DNA of 64,000 bases from assembly GCF_964194155.1 (NCBI RefSeq), contig NC_135887.1, positions 16,864,001 through 16,928,000 on the forward strand, given 5' to 3'. Position numbers and translations under genes: made by a program. The notes beneath the pieces were generated by a model, which worked only from the letters and a program-made list of their open reading frames with translations, did not search any database and was not told where the DNA came from. The number at the start of each line of letters is the position of its first letter. Position 1 is the first letter of the stretch. Of the stretch, positions 51,316-63,580 are shown in pieces. The stretch comes from Cetorhinus maximus (Eukaryota).

Positions 51316-52916
51316 ACAATACCCAAAGGAGTCAAATTGTGCCCCATCTTAGTTCATCAACCTGTAAGGCCCAGCAGTGCCCAGTGTCCAGTAGCCTGGG
51401 CCTACTCTGTCTCCGTGGAAAACAGGCCAGAGGTTTGGTGCCAATATTTCCAGGTTAATTCCCTCTGTTGATTCATTGAGTATATGTAGTGGGTTACAGC
51501 AAATGCTGAGCCAGAGAGCCTTGGCTTCAATCCCTGGCATTTGCTGACCCTCGCGCTCTGCCAGGGCTCCAAGTGGGAGCGTCACAACTTGGCTTAGGAA
51601 AACCCACCAAATTCATTCATGAGCCTTACCCTGTGGACTGCCCCTACACCACTCCCCACCCCAACTCAGTCCCCAACTGGAAAGCATGTGAATGTCGATC
51701 CTGGGCTAGGGTGTCTCTAGGCTTCCCTCCTTGGCGGGTCCAGAGGATAAAGGATCCTTTAGGCACAGGGGAACAGGAAAATGGAGGATGGGGGGCAGGG
51801 GATGGGGGGGAGAAATTGGATTCTGTCTGACTCCTTTGGAGCACGATTAAAGGAAAATCTGCCCGGATGATAAGGCTTCCTGCAAAGCACTCTGTAGTTG
51901 AATAGCCAAGCAAGAATCACACAAGAACTGAACACCAGCAAGAATTGACACTTGGTGGGGGGGTGGTGGGTCGGAGGTGGGGGGTGCGGTGGGTCGGGTG
52001 GGGGGGTGGGTGATGGAGGGGAGATGTGCAGTTTTTTAAAAATTTGATGTTTAAGAGTTCCAGCTCTGACTGCTTGGGTAGGTATGGGTAATGTGAAATC
52101 GGCTTCTGAATCGACCCTCTATTATGTGTATGAGGAACAAATATTTGAATGTGTTTTTTATTTGAGGGGTCTGGCTTACAAGGAGTCTGTTAAAGAATGA
52201 AAGAGAAGCGGGAGCCTGTTCCTGGAGTTGTGTGAACTAAATGGTGCTCTGTCAAGAAGTGTAATTGAATTCCTGCTTATAGCAAGAAAAAATAACTCTC
52301 ACACAGAAAGAACACTGAGTGCTGGCAAACTGCGGAGGAGGAGACGAGGAAGAGGAGAGGAAATCGAGTACCTGCTGGAGATTTTATTGCGTAACCCCTA
52401 TCAATACAGCCTCCTGTCAGCGAGAGCGGGGGAGACGAGAAATCCTGGCGATGGCTAGATTTGAACCTGCACACACCCCCCCCCGCCCAACCCATCCACC
52501 GACAGTCACTGCAGCTCCTCAATTTTCATAGTTATTCAGAAAGTGCATCAGGGCCCATTATTTTAATTTCATAGCAGAATTTTAATTAGGAAAGGAACCT
52601 CTTTGAGACAAAATTTCGAAAGGATTCAAGGGAACAGGCCTCGATGGGCATCTCTGACAGAGAGATCCAGCACGGGCACAGCGGGCCCAATGGTCACTTG
52701 CTGCTGCGACGCCCCCTCAAGAACAGACCAAACCTTTTAAGCTGACAGCTCAGTCTCCGATTGGACTGCGGGTGACCAGGTCCAAATCAGAACATGGGCA
52801 CGCCCGAGAATTACGGGAATCTTGACTTAGGGAACTGGTGAATGTCTTTAAGGATTTTGATTAATGAATGCTTCCAGGTCGCAAGGAACAGAAGCGGGAA
52901 AAAAAATAGGCCATTA

Positions 52917-53165
52917 AAAGCAAAATACTGCAGATACTGGAAACCTGAGATAAAAACAGAAAGTGCTGGAAGTACTCAGCCAGTCTGGCAGCACCTGTGG
53001 AGAGATAAAGGAGAGTTAACAGTTCAAGCCGAATATGACTCTGCTTTGGGACTGTCAGTTCCAAGGAGAGTCACGTTTGACTCGAAACACTAACTCTGCT
53101 TCTCTCTCTCCACAGATGCTGCCTAACCTGCTGAGTATTTCCAGAAAAATAGGTTTTGTTTCTGT
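52917..53165. mobile_element. Palindromic Penelope-derived element (two inverted arms) with a decayed hammerhead at 53057-53097
   Basis: aaaacagaaagtgctgga..ctgtggagaga..gagttaac followed by its reverse complement ctaactctg..ctccacagatgctgcc..tttccag. Confidence 0.75.
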
Positions 53166-54827
53166 ATCAATAATCGGACTGTCTTCTCTGGCGAAGAGAA
53201 GGCTGAAGGGTGAGCTGACACGATTTCTACAACTTATGAAGGGGTTTGCTAGGGTGGACATGGAGAAGATGTCTCCACTTGCAGGGGAGACTTTAACCAG
53301 GGGTGGGGGCGGTCATGTAAAATAGTTACTAATAAATCCATTAAGGAATTCAGGAGTACGTTCTTTACCCAGAGAGTGGTTAGAAGGTGGAACTTGCTAC
53401 CACGAGGAGTAGTTAAGGCGAATAATATGGTTGCATTTAAGAGCCCGAGGGAGAAAGGAGAAGGAAGATAAGGTGAGATGGAAAGGGGGTGGGACTGAAT
53501 TGGCGTGGAGCATTAACACAGGCATGTCCTGATATCCTGCGCTGTGAGCCTGGGACACGCAAAGTTTTGAAGACCTGAGAGAACATAGAACCATAGAACA
53601 CCACAGCACAGAAAACAGGCCATTCGGCCCTTCTAGTCTGTGCCGAAATATTATTCCACTAGTCCCATTGACCTGCACCTAGTCCATAACCCTCCAGACC
53701 TCTCCCATCCATGTATCTATCTAATTTATTCTTAACTCCTGACTTGTGCCTTGTAACCAGTCCGACATTGCACTAAGTTAACGACTGATGTCGTGGAACT
53801 GTGTATAAAACCAGTAATCTGTTAGATGTACATCCTCCAGCCCAGACACTCTTTATGACTTGTACCTTAACTGCCTTACTAGTAAACCCGGTTCCCGTTG
53901 GCCCGAACCAGCTTAGGCCGGCGTTAATTTGGCTGTGACAGGTTGTGAAGGGACTGGATGGGTTGACTGTTGTGAGGTGGCGGGTAAGTGAGTTCACCAA
54001 TTGAACTAATTTGACCTGGAGCTGGTCCAAACTTCCTCCTTGGACCACATCAGCCAACTGCCGGATGGAATATTTATTTTTCCCAGGGCCGGGAAGCCTT
54101 TGAAGTTTCCCCCAACAAATCTCTCTTCATCCTCGCGCTGACTGCTGTGTTTATTTGAAGTAAATATATTAATAAGCTTCCATAAAAGAAAAACACGCAG
54201 CTGCTTCAGTTTGAGAAGAATTAAACGGGTGGCAGTTTCCTAAAGAAATGTTTAGAAAACTGTTCTTTTTTAGAGGAGTTTTTATTTAACCTCCCAATGA
54301 CATTCTACAGTGTTCCCATGTAATTTACTCTATAGGCTCTAGTGAAAATACGTTTGCCCTATTTACACAAGGATGGCATCCCTTTAATTTGCTTATAACC
54401 AAGAAGACTGAAGAAATCGAATTGCCTTTTTTATGACACAAGATTGCGGGACTCTTTAATCAGATCACATTTGGGCCATATGGTGACTGAATAACAGATT
54501 TTGGGGATTTTTGTTGTTGTTTTTTTTGTTGAAGCAGTGTTTTGACGAGCAAATTCTGCCTGTTTTTGTCTGGAAAAAACAGGAGCACTCAATAGACAAA
54601 GGGTCTGAGCAGTGGACGGCACTCCGAATGAATAAATCACACCCTCTGTTGTTACGTGGGGGTTTCTCGGAGGGTCCCGCGACTTGATTCTCTTCAGCTT
54701 TCCGTGAATCCTTTTGGGAATCCTTTCTACTTTTGAGAAACTCAAAATTTTTTTTTCACCGCACTTGAACCCGTCTTTAATCGCAATGTGTAATTTCTAC
54801 TTTACAACCTCTTAGGCATAGTTGAGA

Positions 54828-55222
54828 GATGGTGGCAACAGCGGCAACACCGTTGGACTAGTAATCCAGCGGCCCAGGCTAATGCCCAGGGGACATGGGT
54901 TCAAATCCCACCACGGCAGGTGGTGGAATTTAAATTCAGTTAATAAAGTCTGGAATTGAAAGCTAGTCTGGTAATGGTGACCATGAAAAACTATCATCAA
55001 TTGTCATAAAAACCCATCTGGTTCATTGATGCTCTTTTGGGACTGAAATCTGCTGTCCTTACCTGGTCTGGCCTACATGTGACTCCAGACCCACAGCGAT
55101 GTGGTTGACTCTGAACTGCCTCAGAAATGGCCCAGCAAGCCACTCAGTTTCAAGGTCCATTAGGGATGGGTCACAAATGCTGGCCTAGCCAGCGATCCAC
55201 ACATGCCATGAAAAGTATAACA
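54828..55222 (+). mobile_element. Near full-length tRNA-derived SINE with LINE-A tail
   Basis: B-box gggttcaaatccc (54897), core ggtctggcctacatgtgactccagaccc, tail agggatggg..tgctggcctagccagcga. Confidence 0.9.
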
Positions 55223-55561
55223 AAAACCAGAGTGAGCAGCTGTAGTGGTTTGTTTTGTCGCGTTTGGCAGCCCTGGGTTATTTGATTTATATTAAGGCTT
55301 GATAGCTTTTAGATTCCGGGGCTTTGACTTTCCTGCTTGTAGACTTGCTATTCCAGCTTGGCCTGCTATTGACTGTGACCGTAGTGGTAAAGATTTATAC
55401 ATACATCACAACCTAGATAGGGAGGAGGAAGGTCATTCAGCCCATTGAGACTCATTCACCCAGCATGAATCTAGAATTTTCCCCAAGCGATGCATCAAAC
55501 TGCTTCCTAAATGGATCCACTCTTCAACCCACAAGTACATGTCATGTGTTAAACACTCTTT

Positions 55562-57256
55562 GGTCTGGATTTGCACCTGGTCTTGTTGACTCGGGGGCCC
55601 TTTAAAAATGGCAGGGTGGGTGGGGGGGGGTGCAGATCCGATTCTGGGATTCCAGACCCCGTTCCCGGGCTGCCTGGATTTTCAGGAGTGCCTTTAAAGA
55701 GTGTGGCTGGTACCTGTCAAAAGTACCTGCATCTGGCACCCTCGACCTGGCCGGCTCCATTGCGGAGATTGGCATCTCTTACTCCTCCACAATTTTCATG
55801 GTGTCGGGCCAGGTTTTTAAAGAGCCGTGCTTCACAGAGCCTCAGAGGAATCATGAACCCTAGTCTGCACGAGGGGATCTTTTAAAAGGTAAGTTCAAAA
55901 GATTCTCTTCATGTCACCTATGCCAAGCCCTTCCACCCACCCCACCTATGGCCCCCCATGCCCCCTGTGCCAAGCTCTGTCCTTCCACCCACCTTCTAAG
56001 GCCCCCTATGCCAAGTATGATACTTCAGTGCCCATTAACCCATTATACACCGTCTAGAACCAATGAACCCTGTATTATATAGTGGTATGTGTAAAAAAAA
56101 AAGCTTTTAAAAAGTAATTCATTCATAACTTTCTCCTGTTTGGGAACAAAAAGTCATTTCATTACAAGCTTAAAAGTGTCAATCATCTAGACCCTTTAAA
56201 GTATCAATAACAAGAACCTCAAACCCTTGAAACCACTTAACTTGTGTAAACAAACATTGTGAAATTGACAACAGAGATCAGAGAGCCTGAGCTGTCAATC
56301 AAACAATGTTTTCTCTGGGGTTAAGCTGTTTCAATAAGCTTAATGGTTGCCTGGCCCCTCAGAGGAGTCATGAACCAAAGTCTAGCTGCGGGAACCTTTT
56401 CAAAGGTAAGTTCTTACCTGTGCCTTTCCCCATGACCCCTCACACTCTCTGTGCCAGCTCAATGCCAATGCATGCCCATTCACCTAGTATGTACTGTGTA
56501 CATAAGAAATGAGCCAAAGATTAACAATGGCAAGTGTAGAACTGCTGCGGAAAAAAATAATCCATTCAGAAATGTTCTTTTTAAAAAAGCTGTTGTTCCC
56601 ACAGCCTGATAAAGTGCCAATCAGACAGACCATGAAAGGATGAACAACAAAAGTTTCAAACACTTCAGACCTCTTAACCGTAAACATTGAGACATTGACA
56701 AAATAGATCACAGAAATAAAAGCTTATTATAACTACTTAAAAGATGTCAATCAAGCAAAGTCAACAATTCACTTCACTTGTCAAAACAGATTCCCAGCTG
56801 AGCTAATGCTTTTATTGGTCTGGGCTCTCAGCTAAGCATGCATAACAAGGAGAGGTGGAACCCCACCTTTACACAGTGCATAATGGATGAATGGGCATTG
56901 AAGGGACATGATTTGGCATTGAGTTGGCATGGAGAGCATGAGAGGGTATGGGAGTGGCTGGGGGATATGAGTTGGCATGGAGGGTATGAGAGGCCAAGGG
57001 GAGTGGGTGAGGGGTGAAACCCAGCGGGCCTAACTTCTTTTATTACAGAGAACCCGGGTGGGCATCCTAACCAGCCCACCTTGGTACTCACATGCCCCCA
57101 TGGCCACCTAGGATCTGCTTCCAGGGTCATTGGGCCTGACTCTATCCCGCACCCATCTCCACCACCACCACCACCATCCTCCAATCCCTGCCACCCACCC
57201 CTCCCCGGGAAGTCTCCTTCCTCAAGCTAACCGTCTCAGTCGCGAAAATCTAGCCC
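55562..57256. mobile_element. ~1.7 kb non-autonomous Harbinger-like element
   Basis: ggtctggatttgc / gcgaaaatctagccc ends, flanks ttt/att; internal tgccaa-rich blocks inverted against ttggca-rich blocks; no transposase ORF. Confidence 0.55.
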
Positions 57257-57805
57257 ATTGCCTTCCTGTCCAGGGAACAAACAGCCATTTTACAAAGTCA
57301 AGATGGGCTGAAAGTCTTTCTGTGTCTGAACCTGTTGAATCTGGGTTACATTTAGTTCACAGGCTGACAGCGTTACACTAGCGTGTAACAGAATTAAAAC
57401 CTGCAGTAACTGTGAACTGCTGGGGTCCCAATTGCAGTCCCAGAATTTTACTGACCTTTCGCCCTCAGTGCACAGGGTCAAGATCAGATTGTCGAGGGGT
57501 GTGTGCAAAGGCCACTTAGTGGATTATCCTGGCATTGCAGCATTTTCAGCGCGTCCCTCTGCGTATAGTTTAATAGCAGCTTCATCGATTTCGCAAAGTT
57601 GGCCATTCCAACCATGCCTGAAAGCTGATGTGCCTAAATTCTTTCATTGTTGTGTGTGTCTGTTTAATGTTTTAAATGAAGGATTAAGTGACACTTTCCT
57701 CCATCCCACCTGCTGGCACCATCGATTCTTACTGGACACAGGTTGCCTTCTCGTAGTGAGGATGTTAGGAAGCAGAGAAGATAAAAAGGAAGAAAATATA
57801 GGTCT

Positions 57806-57844
<39 letters not shown>

Positions 57845-59424
57845 TGGGTGCTTATTTATCTCTGCGTGTACCAGTGTGTATGCGTATGTCTGTATCTGCG
57901 CGTTGTGCCTGTCAGCACAGTTAGGGAAATGGTAGGCAATTAGATGCAGTCAATTTAAAATATGTGCTACTCTCTCAGAAACCAAGAGCCCTTTCACGTT
58001 CCTCTCCGAATGCTGGGCAATTTTTAAAACGGCTCTTGCAGCCCAAGCTGTGTTTCCAACCCTTGTGAATTCAGAATTTAAAATTTCCCAGCACAGATGT
58101 TGGAGGAGTTTGTTCTTTGGGTTGTGAGTGAGAGACCGCCATAGGCAGTACAAGTACATATCAGGAAGAGTTATGCTCCTGGAGAGCTATCAGCATGTTG
58201 CTGTTTGCACATCCTCCAGCTTAGTTCCTTTGCACTCTCCTATGCTCAGTTGGGAGCACCAGAAAAGACTTGATTTTGCCCCAAGTTGACAATAGCTCCA
58301 CTTGAACCATTTTGACTGTCAGCTGCTGGCTTGATTGAAAGCCTAGGCCTCGGGACGATTGTTTTCCTGCAGAGGAGCTGATAGATGTGGATATTTCCCA
58401 CCATTTGCAACTCTGAATTCCTAAACGTTCCTGTGCGTCAGATGGAGAAAATTGCCAACAGGAGGTTGTGCAGTTAAGTATGCGCTCCTTGATTTTAAAA
58501 AACATATAAAAATTCATGATCTCATTGAACAGCAGAGCAGGCTTGAGGTACTCCTGTTCCAGTCCATCACTAATTTGTCTCCTTTATAGCCTCCCCGGTT
58601 CTTTACCCAATTTGATCCATCCTCTCTCACAAGGGCTACCATTCCACAGGTGCCAACTGCTCCTCAGGACCTGGATCAAGGAGCCATTCTTCATGTTGTG
58701 TGGGCCATTCGACTGTGTGACAGGTTTCACTGCCAAGCCCAACCCTGCCCAGGCTCGTTGCCCACGTGCACACACATGGGTGCAAGTCAGGAGTAGGAAT
58801 ACTGGCTGATGTTTTATTCACTCAACCCCCCCCGGCCATTTACCCTGAGGTAACTAATCTTGAGTGTTATAGCTGGCTGGAATGAGACAGTTGACCAAAG
58901 TACCCTTTACCCTGACAACGTTTGAAATGCAGGTCCCACCCATTAAGACTAAACCAGGACACGCCTCAGAGTGAATTGAGAGCAAGTGATGCTCATTGAA
59001 GCCTGTACTTAGGAGCTGGGTTTTTCCTCAGTCAAGGGGTTTCTAGCTTCTGGATGGGGAGCGGATCCAGAAAGGAAGAGTGGAAACTGGTATTAGTATT
59101 GAACTCTAGTTTAACAATAACAATAAACATTAACAATAAAACAGTGTGATTCACAGAATGTCTTCTACTGCCTGATTCGGCAAATGAATATCCACGTATT
59201 AAACATACCCGTCCCCTACACCCACCCACTCTCCTCTCCAGGCTAGGAGGTACAATCTAGAAGACCCGTTCTATACAGCGATGCCATTAATATTGACAGG
59301 CTACCTTTCGTCCAAAAGGTTTTTGTATTAGCATCTGTCAGGAAGCCATTTTTTATCTTGCACCTTCTCTCCTAGGTATAGGAGTAGGCCATAACTGGAC
59401 CAGCCAAGTAAATGCTGTGGCTTT

Positions 59425-59775
59425 TTTATCTTTATTCTTTCATGGGATGTGGGTGTTGCTGGTAAGACCAACATTTGTTGCCCAGCCCTAATTGCCCTTG
59501 AACTGAGCGGCTTGCTGGGCCATTTCAGAGGGCAGTTAAGAGTCAACCACGTTGCTGTGGGTCTGGAGTCACATGTAGGGCCAGACCAGGTAAGGATGGC
59601 AGATTTCCTCCCCTAAAGGATATTAGTGAATGAGATGGATTTTTACGACAATCAATAATGGTTTCATGGTCACCATTACTGAAACCAGCTTTCAATTCCA
59701 GATTTTTATTAAAAATTTAAATTCCACCAGCTGACCTCTGGATTACTAGTCTAGTGACATTACCATCAGGTGACT
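59425..59775 (-). mobile_element. tRNA-derived SINE with LINE-A tail
   Basis: Reverse complement of 54828-55222. Confidence 0.85.
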
Positions 59776-59849
59776 GTCTCCCCCCCACCACTCCCCACCC
59801 CAGCTATAAGAGCAGGTCAGAGGATGGGAATTCTGCAGTGTGTAACTCA

Positions 59850-60497
59850 GCTTCTGACTCCCCAAAGCCTGTCAACCGTCTACAAGGCATAAGTCAGGAA
59901 TGTGATGAAATACTCTCCACTTAGCTGGATGAGTGCAGCTCCAACACCTTGACACCATCCAGGACAAAGCAGCCCACGTGATTGACCCCCATCCACAAAC
60001 ATTCACTGCCTCCACCACCGACGCACAGTGGCAGCAGTGTGTAGCATCTACAAGATGCACTGCAGCAACTTGCCAGTGCTCCTTAGACAGCACCTCCCAA
60101 ACCCAAGACCGCTACCATCTAGAAGAACAAGTGCAGCAGACGCTTGGGAACATCACCACTTACAACAAAAACAGAAAATGCTGGGAAAACTCAGCAGCTC
60201 TAGCGGCATCTGTGGAGAGAGAAACAGACCAGCAAACAGATTTGCAACCACCTGGAAGTTCCCCTCCAAGCCACTCACCATCCTGACTTGGAAATATATC
60301 GGCCGTTCCTTCACTGTCGCTGGGTCAAAATCCTGGAACTCCTTCCCTAACAGCACTGTGGGTGTACCTACACCACGTGGACTGCAGCTCAAGACAGCTC
60401 ACCACCAGCTTTTCAAGGGCAATTAGGGATGGGCAATGGATACTGGCCAATAAATACTGGCCTTGCTAGCGATGCCCATGTTCTTTGAATGAATGAA
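59850..60497 (+). mobile_element. LINE-A (CR1/L2 group) 3' end with a PLE fragment inserted at ~60160-60245
   Basis: AAVCSIYKMHCSNLP..WKFPSKPLTILTWKYI..SKSWNSFP plus tgaatgaatgaa tail. Confidence 0.85.
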
Positions 60498-62298
60498 AGA
60501 AAGGCCATTTAACCCCCAAGCCTGATTTGCATTCTAGGAGTAACCCAATGCAGGATTAGTGTGTGTTTGTTAATGTTGCATTCTAAACTTTGATACATCC
60601 CCGCACAAATTCTAGACTTGATTTTGAAGTAACGTACAACAAAGTTCCTCAAGATGTCCAACTAAACACAATTCTGTTGCAACCCCATATGGAAACAATT
60701 GCTGAAGGTAAATAAAAATTGTGGGGTTACGGGGAACGTGTGGGAGCGTGGGGCAGGACACCCACGCCCACAGGACGGCAGAGTTGGGCAGGTCCATGGG
60801 CAATGCCCTCACACCCTCCCCCAATCCCACAAAGCGAACCAATCGGGTTGGGTGATAGGCCTGTCAGAGCCCCTCGCCCGCTGGGAAAAATGTAAGACAA
60901 GTTAAACCAAAACTCATTGTGAATCCCACACTGAATTTCTGAGCATTGACATCGAGCTTCCATTTGAAAGAGCTGGAGAATCTGCAGGATAATGAATCCA
61001 GTTCAACACTCTTGGGAATGGGCTTCTTCTCCATAGCAACAATTAAATGGAGCCAGCAGCCTTATTCCCATGATGCACCGAGACCTTTGGAGCCTTCTTA
61101 GCCACTAATAAGCAAAGATTCATTAGTTTAACCCTTTGTGAGCCTCGCTAGCCCTTCATTCCTTGCCATTTTGTTTTTTTGAGCTATGCTGATGGAGCAC
61201 CCCTTCAAGAACTATTCCGTACCCTTTCCATTTTCTGCTCTACTCACGATCCTCGCTACATTTATATCAGGAGAAAAAATATTTTGCCTTGCTGTGCATG
61301 AATTGGCTGCTGGGCTTCCTGACATAATGAACAAAATGACTACACCATCAGGAGGAAATTCATTGGGCTGCAAATTGCTTTTAGGATGACTAACAAAAGC
61401 TCTTCAGAGTGAGGAATCTGTGCCTCTCACAACCCCTGAGCGAGTCGAGCTGACTCGGCCCAGACTGTGGTTTGAACCCGAGATCACCCCTTCCACGTGA
61501 TTCAGCCCTGCACCTTTCCCACCAGAGACTCAGCTGACCAAGGGTTCACGCGATATGAAAGACTATTTTTGAAAAGAGGGCAGAATAGAGGTTGTTGGGA
61601 GGTGCGTTGGAAAAGCCCTGGCATAAAATCATGACCGCCCGCTCCGGTAACCGGGGCTATTGTCGGGTGTGGGCCTGCAGAAGCCAGTCTCCTTCCTGCC
61701 TGTGCGTGAGGACAAGAAACTGATGATCTGGTCATCTAATTGCCATTTGTGGGAGCTTGCTGTGTGCAACCTGACTGTCATGTTTCCCCACATTACAACT
61801 TTACGTTATATTACAACTACACCTCAAATGGCGGCAAAAGCGTCTTGGAACGCCCTGAGATGGTGAGAGGCAGCTCTTGTAAACGCTCGAGCTTTCTTTA
61901 TACGCTGTACGGCAGCAAGACTGGCAATCAGAGGACAGAGATTGAAGGCCACTGATAAAATAACCTGAGCGGGAGCTGAGGAGAAGTTAGTTTCAGTCAT
62001 GTGACCTGGAATGTGCTGCCTCAGAGGGCAGTGGAGACATATTCAGTCATAACTTTCAAGAGGGAGTTGGATAAAGACTTGAAAAGGGAAGGATTGCAAG
62101 GGAGTGGGGGGAAAGAGTGTGGGTTGCGGGACTAATTGGACAGCTCCTTCAGAGAGCTGGCGCAGGGACGCTGGGCCGAATGGCCTCCTCCTGCGCTGTA
62201 TGGTTCTATCTAAAGCAGATTTACACATCCTTTTCTTGTTTCTTTTCCCTCCCCCCCCCCCCCCCCCCCCCCCCCCCTCCCCCCACCCCTCCATTCAG

Positions 62299-62358
62299 GC
62301 TTCCCAGCAGCGGCCTACGGCCCAGTAGCAGCGGCAGCGGCAGCAGCGCGAGGCTCAG
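62299..62358 (+). CDS. MSI2: Musashi-2 coding exon (60 nt to proximal donor; 117 nt to distal donor at 62415)
   Basis: poly-C..ccattcag|GC TTC CCA GCA GCG GCC TAC GGC CCA GTA ... CGA GGC TCA G|gtaggg = (G)[19 protein letters not shown](G), in phase with exon 9614-9688 and matching MSI2 [22 protein letters not shown]. Confidence 0.95.
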
Positions 62359-63246
62359 GTAGGGGCGCCCGTGGAAGAGGCGGCTACATGGCATACCCTC
62401 AGAATGTAGGGGCAGGTAAAACTCTGTCGGTATTCTGTGTGGCTGCAGCTGTCCATCGTCACTCTCTTGTTGGTTCTCTGTTGGTTCCTTGCTCCTCTCT
62501 CCTGGGATGGGGGTGGGGTGGGGGGGTGGGAGGTGGCGGGTGGTGGGAAGGGGGCAAGGGGGTGGGGGGAGGTGGGCTGGGGGGGTGAGGTCAGAGGTGG
62601 GGAAGGTGACCTGCATTTTTAAGCAGAGGCCCCAAGTGCGAGTTGGCCTTGAGCACAGTAGCAGGGGGAGGCCGTAGTTAAGACAAGCTTCTAAGCATAT
62701 TGTAATGAAGGAGGGGTGGGTACGAGAACAGTCGCTTGCTTTTTTAAACGGAGGACCAGGGTTAAGGTGTCGTTCCAAAGTTACGTTCCATGCAAACATG
62801 TGCTGCTTGCAAAGGATTGCCAGTCCAGAATTATGTGTGCTGGTTTTAACTGTGATGCTGAGTGTGGTGATTGGCCAGTTACTGGATTAGGGCCCCATTC
62901 AATCCTATACTTATTTTTAAGAACAATTGAAAAAAATGTTTTGAGGAAGCAATTATTATTTTTGAAATTGCTGCCACTTCCTCAAGTCTTCGTGTCTTAA
63001 ATTAAAAGCTGGTCCTTTCCCTGTCCTCTTTTTCTCTCTCTCTCTCTCTCTCTCTTTCCCATTCCCTTCTTCCATTCTCTCTTCTCGCTTCTCTACCTTC
63101 TCCCCTATATCCTCTCTTGTTGCCCCACCTGCATTCCCTCTCTTCGCCATCCGTCCTCACTCTTCCCCATTTCTGTTCTTTCTCTTCCTCATTCATGCCC
63201 TTTCTTTTTCACATCTCTGTCTTCCTTGCTGAAAAAAGAGACATGC

Positions 63247-63280
63247 TTTCGAAGCTTTTCATCTTGCGCCCATCAGGACA
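63247..63280 (-). ncRNA. Minimal type I hammerhead ribozyme (mutated)
   Basis: Reverse complement tgtc-ctgatgg-gcgcaagat-gaaa-agct-tc-gaaa: CUGAUG(A>G) core, GAAA, palindromic AAGCUU stem III, UC cleavage site. Confidence 0.7.
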
Positions 63281-63357
63281 GGCGCAAGAGTGTCAAATTT
63301 CACAGCCAACAACAATTTATTCTGCATGAGAAAAGGGTGCTGCTTGGTTGGCAAGTG

Positions 63358-63580
63358 GACTCTGGTTGGTCAAGGCGTTGCCATGGAGAATGCACCACGG
63401 AGCAATTATCCCCCAAGTTTTTGTTTAAATTCAAAAAGAGCAAGTCGACTCTGATTGGTCAGGGCGTTGCCATGGAGAATGCACCACGGAGCAATTATTG
63501 CCCCAAGTTTTTGTTTAAATTCAAAAAGAGCAAGTTGACTCTGATTGGTCAGGGCGTTGCCATGGGGAATGCACCAGGTA
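63358..63580. repeat. ~89-90-bp tandem repeat, 2.5 copies
   Basis: gactctgattggtcagggcgttgccatggagaatgcacca... units start at 63358, 63447 and 63537. Confidence 0.95.

Noticed and set aside
51061-51471. ORFs across the N run
   Set aside because: Assembly-gap artefacts
54828-54915. tRNA gene (also 23457 and 32703)
   Set aside because: A/B boxes belong to SINE heads; no cloverleaf, and they continue into SINE bodies
63358-63580. CRISPR-like array
   Set aside because: Whole 90-bp units repeat with no unique spacers, no cas genes, and the context is vertebrate
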